DNA of 64,000 bases from an uncultured Clostridia bacterium (lineage in GTDB: Bacteria > Bacillota > Clostridia > Christensenellales > Aristaeellaceae): contig CAMKNZ010000012.1 in NCBI GenBank assembly GCA_946414315.1, forward strand, positions 1,364-65,363, written 5' to 3'. Below, piece after piece: positions 56,847 through 64,000 of the stretch. The translations under genes and the position numbers were made by a program. The number at the start of each line of letters is the position of its first letter. Position 1 is the first letter of the stretch. Under the pieces are notes generated by a model. That model did not search any database. It saw nothing but the letters and a program-made list of their open reading frames with translations, and was not told the origin of the DNA.

Positions 56847-56940
56847 TTTATCAACAAAACAGCGGTTCGTTTTCCATAAGGCGCGCCTGCCGGATGCCAA
56901 GGCGGATCAGCTTCGAGACAATTTTGAGGAGGATATGAAA

Positions 56941-58059
56941 ATGAAAAAGGTCATCGCACTCGTACTGGCTCTGGCGATGCTCTGCGGCCTGATGGTCACG
57001 GCGCATGCGGACGACAAGATCAAGATCGGCGTCTCCATCTGGAGCTCCACGGACACCCTGGGCAGCGAAGTCAAGCGCCTGATCGACGCGGCTGCCGAAG
57101 TGCTGGATGTTGAGGTTCAGTGGGTCGACCAGGCTCACATTTCCGAGCAGGTTACCGCTTCCGCCGAGACCCTGGCGATGGCGGACTGCGATGGTATGAT
57201 CATCTGCAACTCTGCTTCCGCTGAAATGGGTTCCGTCATCAAGACCTGCGACGAAAACGAAATGTATGTCGCGCAGTTCTTCCGTGTAATCGATGAAACG
57301 GCGAACCCCGACGAATATGCGCAGGCGAAAGCTTCCAAGTATTATGTAGGCTGCGTGCATGAATCCGAATTCGACAACGGCAAGACCCTGGTCACCATCC
57401 TGGGCAACAAGGGCTGCCGCAAGATCGGCCTGGAAGGCTGGGAACCCGGCGACGCCACATTCCTGGGACGCTGGGAAGGCTACAAGGCTGGCGTGGAAGA
57501 ATGGAACGCCGCGAATCCCGATGACCAGATCGAACTGCTCGAGCCGCAGTACGGCCGCACCACCACCGACACCGGCCGCCAGGCTGCAGAGGCCATCATC
57601 GACGCGAATCCCGACATCGATGCCCTGATCGTCGCGGGCGGCGGCGGAGACACCCTGCTGGGCGCGATCGCCGGCATCGAAGCCAAGGGCCTGACCGGCA
57701 AAATCGCTGTGGTTTCCACGGACTTCCTGCCTGACCTGGACGCGAAACTGGAAAGCGGCGCCATGGCTGCCGAATCCGGCGGACACTACGCTGACCCCTT
57801 CTTCGCTTTCCTGATGGTCTACAACGCCATCAAGGGCAACTACGCCACCAGCGAAGACAGCTTCTATGAGATGATCTTCCCCTACATGTTCGTTGACTCT
57901 CCCGAAAGCTATGCCAACTACGCTGCATATTTCACCGGAGATCAGCTGCCCTACACCGCTGACGAGATCAAGGCTCTGGCCGAGCTGTCCTACGACGACC
58001 TGGCGGCTGCCTGCGCGGCGCTGTCTGTTGAGGACGTCGTGACCCGTCACGCGAAGTAA
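56941..58059 (+). CDS. Monosaccharide ABC transporter substrate-binding protein (RbsB-like fold)
   Basis: Signal peptide, KIGVSIW, ESGGHYAD; upstream of CUT2 permease/ATPase genes. Confidence 0.85.
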   Translation: MKKVIALVLALAMLCGLMVTAHADDKIKIGVSIWSSTDTLGSEVKRLIDAAAEVLDVEVQWVDQAHISEQVTASAETLAMADCDGMIICNSASAEMGSVIKTCDENEMYVAQFFRVIDETANPDEYAQAKASKYYVGCVHESEFDNGKTLVTILGNKGCRKIGLEGWEPGDATFLGRWEGYKAGVEEWNAANPDDQIELLEPQYGRTTTDTGRQAAEAIIDANPDIDALIVAGGGGDTLLGAIAGIEAKGLTGKIAVVSTDFLPDLDAKLESGAMAAESGGHYADPFFAFLMVYNAIKGNYATSEDSFYEMIFPYMFVDSPESYANYAAYFTGDQLPYTADEIKALAELSYDDLAAACAALSVEDVVTRHAK

Positions 58060-58073
58060 TTCCGGATTCCATC

Positions 58074-58111
58074 GGACGGTCGCCAGGCGCGGCGACCGTC
58101 CCGGTTTTTTT
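58074..58111 (+). terminator. Intrinsic terminator
   Basis: GGACGGTCGCC-loop-GGCGACCGTCC-cggTTTTTTT. Confidence 0.8.
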
Positions 58112-58208
58112 GTATTATTCCGGGTATGATTTTTCATCAAAATATAGTATAAATATAGTACAGATAATCAGGTCAATAAATTTGCTTTGCTAAAGGGGAA
58201 CGAGGCCT

Positions 58209-59159
58209 ATGCTCACAAAACTGCAGAAGCTGAAAGGAACGAAAGCCTACGGCGCGCTGATGCTGGCCGCGATGGTGCTGTTCTTTTACGCTGTGTTCAA
58301 GATCCTGACGCCGGACAATTTCGGTTCTCCGGCCAATCTCTATTCCTATCTGCAATCATCCATCATCTATTCCGTGGGCGGCTGCGGCCTGTATTTTATT
58401 GTGGTCATGGGCCTGTTTGACTTTGCGGTCGGCTCCAACGTCGTACTGAGCTCCATTGTGGGCGTGATGCTGTCCCAGCACTTCGGCTATATCGGCTTTG
58501 TGGTGGGGTGCCTCGGCTGCGGCCTGCTGATCGGCACGCTGATCGGCACGCTGTATAACCAGCTGAACGTGCCTTCCATGATTGTCACGGTGGGCCTGAT
58601 GCTGATCTTTGAGTGTATCGCGGTCATGATCGCGGGCGGCGTCAAGCAGACGCTGGCGCCGGAGCTCCGCTTCTTCAGCGGTGCGCCGGGAAACATCATC
58701 CTGGCTTGCCTGGCTTTCTTCCTGATGTATTTCATCCTGAACTATACCAAGATCGGAACCTACTGCAATGCGATCGGCTCGAACGAATTCACCGCGAAGA
58801 ACATGGGTATCAGCGTGAAAAAGTACAAGCTGATCGGATTCATGCTGCTTCACTTCTTCGTCGGGATCATGGCGATCCTGACGGTTTCCTACGGAACGAC
58901 CATGACGGCGCTGACCGGCATGAGCACCATGAGCCGGAACTTCCAGCCCCTGATGGGCACGTTCTTCGGCGTTGCCTTCAAGAAATACGGTATGCCGATC
59001 ACGGCGATCGTGGTCGGTGAGTTCATCATCTCCATGATCTTCAGCGGCTTTGTGGCGCTGGGCGCACCTACGACGATCCAGAACGTGGTGACCGGCGCGG
59101 CGCTGCTCGCGATCGTCGCCCTGACCGCCCGCGGCGGCAGGGGCAGCGTGGTCAAGTGA
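58209..59159 (+). CDS. CUT2 sugar ABC transporter permease
   Basis: Multi-TM, GLFDFAVG, VPSMIVT, AIGSN. Confidence 0.88.
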   Translation: MLTKLQKLKGTKAYGALMLAAMVLFFYAVFKILTPDNFGSPANLYSYLQSSIIYSVGGCGLYFIVVMGLFDFAVGSNVVLSSIVGVMLSQHFGYIGFVVGCLGCGLLIGTLIGTLYNQLNVPSMIVTVGLMLIFECIAVMIAGGVKQTLAPELRFFSGAPGNIILACLAFFLMYFILNYTKIGTYCNAIGSNEFTAKNMGISVKKYKLIGFMLLHFFVGIMAILTVSYGTTMTALTGMSTMSRNFQPLMGTFFGVAFKKYGMPITAIVVGEFIISMIFSGFVALGAPTTIQNVVTGAALLAIVALTARGGRGSVVK

Positions 59160-59170
59160 GGGGGATGCAT

Positions 59171-60670
59171 ATGGATAAGAAAACATTGCTTGTTGCAGAG
59201 CATATCGATAAACGCTTCGGAATCACCCACGCTGTGGCCGACGTTTCCCTGACGATCGCCGCCGGAGAGATCCGTGGCCTGATCGGGGAGAACGGATCCG
59301 GCAAGAGCACCTTCTGCCAGATGCTGTGCGGCATCTATACCATCGGCGGAGGCACCTTTATTCTGGACGGGAAGGAACTGAACATCCGGAACCAGGTGGA
59401 GGCCAACAACGAAGGCATCGCGATCATCGTCCAGGAAATGGGCACACTGTCCGGCCTGACGGTGGCGGAAAACATCTACCTGGGACATGAAGAACCCTTC
59501 ATGCACAAGGGAATCAAGGACACCCGCGCCATGAACCGGGCGGCGCAGAAGCTGCTGGACGAATACGGGTTCGGCCGGATCAAAGCGGGCGTCATGATCG
59601 ACCATTACAACTTTGAGGACCGGAAGCTGGTCGAGATCGTCAAGGCGACCTACATGAAGCCAAAGATCCTGGTGATTGACGAGACCACGACGGCGCTGAG
59701 CCAAAACGGCCGCCTGGAGCTGTACAAGATCATGGACGCTGTCCGGGCGGACGGCCGCACGGTGATCTTCATCAGCCACGACCTGGGCGAAGTCCTTGCG
59801 CACACGGATACGGTTTCCGTGCTGCGGGACGGCGAATACATCGACACGGTGGAATCTTCCCAGGTTACGGAAGACGACCTGAAGCGCCTGATGGTGGGCC
59901 GCGAGATCGGTTCGGCCTATTACCGGACGGACTACGGCCAGTCCGTATCCGACGAGACGGTGCTGTCGGTGAAGAATGTGATGGTGCCCGGCGAGCTGGA
60001 CGATATTTCCTTTGATCTCCACAAGGGCGAGATCCTGGGCTTCGGCGGCCTGAGCGAATGCGGCATGCATGAGATCGGCAAGGCTGTGTTCGGCGCAAGC
60101 TGGGACCGGAAGGGCACGGTGACGCTGGCGGACGGGACCGAGATCAACGATATCCCCACGGCAATCCGGAAGTCCATCGCTTATGCCTCCAAGGACCGGG
60201 ACAACGAATCAATCATCCTGAACGAATCCATCCGGAATAACATCGTCCTGCCTTCGCTGGACGACCTGGCTAATCACGGCCTGCTGAACGGCCGGAAGCT
60301 GACGCGCTTCGCGGACGGGCAGGCAAAGAACATGCAGACCAAGATGCAGAACGTGGGACAGTTCGTATCCGACCTGTCCGGCGGAAACAAGCAGAAGGTC
60401 GTGCTGGCCCGCTGGCTGGGGAAGGGCAGCGATATCCTGGTGCTGGATTCTCCGACGCGCGGTATTGACGTGAAGGTAAAGCAGGCGATCTACGCGCTGA
60501 TGGCGGAACTGAAAGAGCAGGGACGCTCCATCATCATGATCAGCGAAGAGATCCCCGAACTCCTGGGCATGGCGGACCGAATCCTGGTGCTGAAGGACGG
60601 GAAGATCAACGGCGAATTCCTGCGTGATCCGGCGCTGAACGAAGAAGCGCTGATCGCGAAGATGGTGTAA
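59171..60670 (+). CDS. CUT2 sugar ABC transporter ATP-binding protein
   Basis: GENGSGKST, IDETTTAL, LSGGNKQKVVLARWL, PTRGIDV. Confidence 0.92.
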   Translation: MDKKTLLVAEHIDKRFGITHAVADVSLTIAAGEIRGLIGENGSGKSTFCQMLCGIYTIGGGTFILDGKELNIRNQVEANNEGIAIIVQEMGTLSGLTVAENIYLGHEEPFMHKGIKDTRAMNRAAQKLLDEYGFGRIKAGVMIDHYNFEDRKLVEIVKATYMKPKILVIDETTTALSQNGRLELYKIMDAVRADGRTVIFISHDLGEVLAHTDTVSVLRDGEYIDTVESSQVTEDDLKRLMVGREIGSAYYRTDYGQSVSDETVLSVKNVMVPGELDDISFDLHKGEILGFGGLSECGMHEIGKAVFGASWDRKGTVTLADGTEINDIPTAIRKSIAYASKDRDNESIILNESIRNNIVLPSLDDLANHGLLNGRKLTRFADGQAKNMQTKMQNVGQFVSDLSGGNKQKVVLARWLGKGSDILVLDSPTRGIDVKVKQAIYALMAELKEQGRSIIMISEEIPELLGMADRILVLKDGKINGEFLRDPALNEEALIAKMV

Positions 60671-60684
60671 GGGAGGGAAAGAGA

Positions 60685-61656
60685 ATGGGCAAGAAAAATC
60701 CGGAAAAGAATGAACAATCCAGACTCCGTACCTTTCTGAGCAGCGACCGCTTTAAAGCCCTGCTTCCGTTCATCGGCTTCGTGGTCATCATCGTCGTGAT
60801 GCACATCATGACCAACGGCAAAATCCTGACGCCGAAAAAGCTGCGGCTGCTGTTCTCCCAGATCTATTATCCCACGATCGTGGCGACCGGCGTGTTCTTC
60901 ATCATGACGCTGGGCTCCATCGACTTTACGGAAGGTTCCACGCTGGGCGTCGCTTCCATTGTGGTGAGCGTGCTGTCCTTCTACAGCATCCCGCTGGCAA
61001 TTCTCGGCGGTATTCTGACCGGCGCGGCCATCGGCGCGCTGAACGGTTTCTTCCATGTAAAGTTCCGGCTGCCGAGCTTCATCGTTACAATCTGTACGAT
61101 GTACCTGTTCCGCGGTGTGTGCGCGTATTTCACGACGGAAAGTGCCGTACCGGCCAGCAATGCCATCAAAGCACTGGATCAGGACTGGCTGAAGATCACG
61201 ATCACGCTGGCAGTGCTGGCGGTGGCCTTCTTCCTGTTCAAGTTTACGCGGATCGGCAATGATGTGAAGGCAGTCGGCTCCGGCGAAACAGCCGCCCGGT
61301 TCTCGGGTGTGCGGACGGCCCGGGTCAAGTTCCTGACCTTTGTCTGCGCCGGCGCGCTGACAGGCCTGGCGGCCTTTGTCAACGTCATCAAGGTCGGCTC
61401 CATCACGGCTACGGCCGGCAACCAGCTGGAAACCCAGATCCTGATCTCCCTGGTGCTGGGCGGCTTGCCGATCACAGGCGGCGCCAAGGTGCGCTTCTCC
61501 AATATCGTGATCGGTACGCTGATGTACGCGGTATTGAACAGCGGCCTCTCCATCCTCGGCTACGAGCCGCAGGTGCAGCAGCTGATCAAGGGCGTCGTGT
61601 TCCTGGTGTTCGTCGCCCTGACCATCGACCGGAAGGCCCTGAAGGTTATCAAATAA
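60685..61656 (+). CDS. CUT2 sugar ABC transporter permease
   Basis: GSIDFTEG, LPSFIVT, LVLGGLPITGG. Confidence 0.88.
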   Translation: MGKKNPEKNEQSRLRTFLSSDRFKALLPFIGFVVIIVVMHIMTNGKILTPKKLRLLFSQIYYPTIVATGVFFIMTLGSIDFTEGSTLGVASIVVSVLSFYSIPLAILGGILTGAAIGALNGFFHVKFRLPSFIVTICTMYLFRGVCAYFTTESAVPASNAIKALDQDWLKITITLAVLAVAFFLFKFTRIGNDVKAVGSGETAARFSGVRTARVKFLTFVCAGALTGLAAFVNVIKVGSITATAGNQLETQILISLVLGGLPITGGAKVRFSNIVIGTLMYAVLNSGLSILGYEPQVQQLIKGVVFLVFVALTIDRKALKVIK

Positions 61657-61686
61657 TAATTTCCGTATCCGGGAAACCTCCTTTCA

Positions 61687-61724
61687 TCTCCGGCTCCTGA
61701 ACCAGGGGAGCCGGAGAACTTTTT
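61687..61724 (+). terminator. Intrinsic terminator
   Basis: TCTCCGGCTCC...GGAGCCGGAGA-acTTTTT. Confidence 0.7.
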
Positions 61725-61772
61725 GTCAAATTCCGGGGACATTTTTAGCTGGCATAAGTACGTACAAAATAC

Positions 61773-62156
61773 ATGTACGCTATCGGCGGCAACGATATCG
61801 CGGCGGAAGTATCCGGTGTTAACACCACCAGGACCCTGATGAGGATCTATACGACCGCGGGTATTATGTACGCGGTGGCAGGCTATCTGCTTGCGGCAAA
61901 ATCCGGCGGCGCGTCTGCTTCCATGGGTCAGGGCTATGAACTGGAGGCCATCGCGGGATGTACGATCGGCGGGGTTTCTACAACGGGCGGTATCGGTACG
62001 GTACCGGGCATCCTGATCGGCGTGCTGGTATTTGAACTGCTGAAGATCATCCTGCAGTTCCTCGGCGTGAACCCGTATTACAACTACGTTGTCCAGGGCC
62101 TGGTCATCGTACTGGCGGTCTCTCTGGATATCCGCAAGTATATTGCGAAGAAGTAA
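61773..62156 (+). pseudogene. 5'-truncated galactoside ABC permease (MglC-like C-terminal third)
   Basis: Begins mid-protein at (KY)MYAIGGN..AAEVSGVN, YELEAIAGCTIGGVSTTGGIG, ends DIRKYIAKK; only 127 aa, with no RBS and no upstream coding continuation. Confidence 0.75.
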
Positions 62157-62159
62157 GCC

Positions 62160-62411
62160 ATGAGCAATTCAAAGGAAAGAGAGCTTGAACAGCGGGAAAA
62201 AGCGCTGGAGGAACGGGAGAGAAAACTGGCAAAACGGGAAAAGGAGCTGGGGTTCTTTTCACAGGCCGTAAAGGATAAAAAGGAATCCTGGTATGACCGC
62301 ATCCATGTCAGCGTAAAGACGATGGACTGGATTATCCGGATCGTTACGGGTCTTCTTGTGATCGTTGTGATCCTGATAATCCTGGAGGCAACCGGGATAT
62401 TCAAACTGTGA
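62160..62411 (+). CDS. Small membrane protein (coiled N-terminus, C-terminal TM)
   Basis: 83-aa ORF directly after the mglC fragment; KESWYDRI..MDWII + hydrophobic tail. Confidence 0.6.
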   Translation: MSNSKERELEQREKALEERERKLAKREKELGFFSQAVKDKKESWYDRIHVSVKTMDWIIRIVTGLLVIVVILIILEATGIFKL

Positions 62412-62600
62412 CGGCAGGCAGTGCGTCCGGAATTCAGAATCCGAACGCATTGTTTTTTATCAAAACAAAAAGGATCTGAATATCGCATTTCGCAAAAAAA
62501 CAATTCGTATACATTCATAATTACGTCTCCTGTTGAGGCACGGGAGGCATTGTTTTTTTGCAGTATAAATCAAAGGAAAATATACACAAACAAAATAAAA

Positions 62601-62771
62601 TTGAAAACGTTACCGAAAAGTGCTTGATTTCCGGGCAAAAACTGAGAAAAGCGCTCTGAGAATTGCAAACGTTTGCTCCGCAAAGCGAGCGTTTTCATGG
62701 CTTTCAGGGCCGGTATCGTTTCCGTATTTTTTGGGAAACCTATTTACAAATTCTGAATGAAAGTGTAGAAT
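62601..62771 (+). promoter_or_regulatory. Regulatory region with several LacI/cre-like sites and a sigma70 promoter
   Basis: TTGAAAACGTTACCGA (62601), GCAAACGTTTGC palindrome (about 62665), CGGTATCGTTTC (62711); TTTACA-N17-TAGAAT (62743-62771). Confidence 0.55.
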
Positions 62772-62832
62772 ATGGTCAGTTCATTTCCGGATAAGCAATC
62801 CGGGAAAAAATAAAAAAAGGAGTGTACCCCAT

Positions 62833-63873
62833 ATGAAGAAGATCCTTGCTCTGGTACTCGCTCTGGCGCTGGTTCTGTCCTGCGCCTCCGCTATGGCCGC
62901 CAAAGTCGGCGTGTCCATGCCCACCAAAGACCTGCAGAGATGGAATCAGGACGGCGAGAATATGGAGAAGCTGCTGAAAGAAGCCGGCTTCGAAGTTTCC
63001 CTCCAGTTCGCTTCCAACGATGTGCAGCAGCAGCTGGCTCAGGTTGAAACCATGATCAACGACGGTTGCGAAGTAGTCGTTATCGCCGCGATCGAAGGTT
63101 CCTCCCTCGGCGCCGCGCTGGATCTGGCCGGTGAAAAGGGCGTCAAGGTTATCGCCTATGACCGCCTGCTGATGGACAATGCCAATGTTGACTACTATGC
63201 CACTTTCGACAACTTCAAGGTTGGCGTTGTGCAGGGCACCTATGTTAAGGAAGCTCTGGACCTCGACAATGCTGAAGGCCCCTTCGTCGTCGAGTTCACC
63301 GCCGGTGACCCCGGTGACAACAACGCGGGCTTCTTCTTCAACGGCGCTATGTCCGTGCTGAAGCCCTACATTGATAGCGGCAAGATCGTTGTGAAGTCCG
63401 GCCAGGTTGCCTTCGAAGAAGTTGCGACCCCCACCTGGAAGACCGAAGTTGCTCAGACCCGTGCTGAAACCGTTCTGGCCTCCTACTATGCCGATGGTTC
63501 CGACATCGATGCGTGGGTTTGCTCCAACGACTCCACCGCTCTGGGCGTCACCAACGCTCTGGAAGCCAACTACACCGGCAAATGGCCGATCATCACCGGT
63601 CAGGACTGCGATATCGCCAACACCAAGAACATGATCGCCGGCAAGCAGGCCATGTCCGTGTTCAAAGACACCCGGACCCTGGCTGCTCAGGTCGTGAAGA
63701 TGGTTGGCCAGATCCTGAATGGTGAAACAGTCGACGTCAACGACGAAGAGACCTACAACAACAACGTTAAGGTCGTTCCGTCCTTCCTGTGCGAGCCCGT
63801 ATTCGCCAGCGTTGACAATTACAAGGAACTGCTGATCGAATCCGGCTATTACACCGAAGATCAGCTCCAGTAA
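62833..63873 (+). CDS. chvE: Multiple monosaccharide-binding protein (ChvE/SbpA family)
   Basis: VGVSMPTKDLQRWNQDG, IAYDRLLM, YYATFDNFKVG, GDPGDNNA, ITGQD, VFKDTRTLA. Confidence 0.85.
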   Translation: MKKILALVLALALVLSCASAMAAKVGVSMPTKDLQRWNQDGENMEKLLKEAGFEVSLQFASNDVQQQLAQVETMINDGCEVVVIAAIEGSSLGAALDLAGEKGVKVIAYDRLLMDNANVDYYATFDNFKVGVVQGTYVKEALDLDNAEGPFVVEFTAGDPGDNNAGFFFNGAMSVLKPYIDSGKIVVKSGQVAFEEVATPTWKTEVAQTRAETVLASYYADGSDIDAWVCSNDSTALGVTNALEANYTGKWPIITGQDCDIANTKNMIAGKQAMSVFKDTRTLAAQVVKMVGQILNGETVDVNDEETYNNNVKVVPSFLCEPVFASVDNYKELLIESGYYTEDQLQ

Positions 63874-63895
63874 TTCCTCAGGTAAACTAATTTAA

Positions 63896-63924
63896 GATGC
63901 AGGCGGGCCCAGCCCGCCTGCATC
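63896..63924 (+). terminator. Hairpin after the binding-protein gene
   Basis: GATGCAGGCGGGC-cca-GCCCGCCTGCATC. Confidence 0.7.
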
Positions 63925-63975
63925 GTTTAAGGAAGAACGGCATTTTTCCATCCGAATGAAAGGCTGGAGGACAAC

Positions 63976-64000
63976 ATGGCAAAGATTTTGCTGGAAATGA
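63976..64000 (+). CDS. Start of a sugar ABC ATP-binding protein (MmsA/GguA-like), truncated by the window end
   Basis: GGAGG RBS, MAKILLEM..., expected position after chvE. Confidence 0.55.

Noticed and set aside
58140-58160. AAATATAGTA direct repeat upstream of the permease
   Set aside because: Two 10-bp copies in an AT-rich spacer could be chance; no regulator or second instance seen.

Overview
GC-rich (roughly 55-60% by eye) chromosomal window from an anaerobic, carbohydrate-fermenting Clostridia-type bacterium (inferred from gene content; gut or rumen lifestyle plausible). Almost all genes lie on the + strand. The standout region is 1-15262. It holds a four-gene operon of membrane receptors with the order cytoplasmic TIR - single TM - Pro/Thr stalk - extracellular LRR, i.e. 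Toll-like receptors in reversed (type II) topology. Only one of the four TIR domains keeps the catalytic Glu. The two largest genes share an almost identical 552-bp TIR-TM front end fused to divergent, modular LRR ectodomains with Trp/Tyr-rich variable inserts. A divergently transcribed HD-phosphohydrolase + RyR-domain gene, missed by the ORF track, sits next to the operon. The rest of the window is mostly metabolic: a heterodimeric ABC exporter, xpt plus a BMP-type nucleoside ABC importer, DegV, an unclassified (alpha/alpha)-barrel glycosidase-like gene plus GH2, an O-antigen-ligase-like gene, a CUT1 sugar ABC system, two tRNA-Met genes followed by tRNA-derived repeats, dCMP deaminase, a group D sensory [FeFe]-hydrogenase regulatory cluster with HndABCD, a duplicated-domain secreted protein, FRG, CotH, a CE2-like esterase, HAD, and monosaccharide ABC systems including an mglC-like remnant. 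All calls come from reading the sequence and motifs by eye; no database searches were run.
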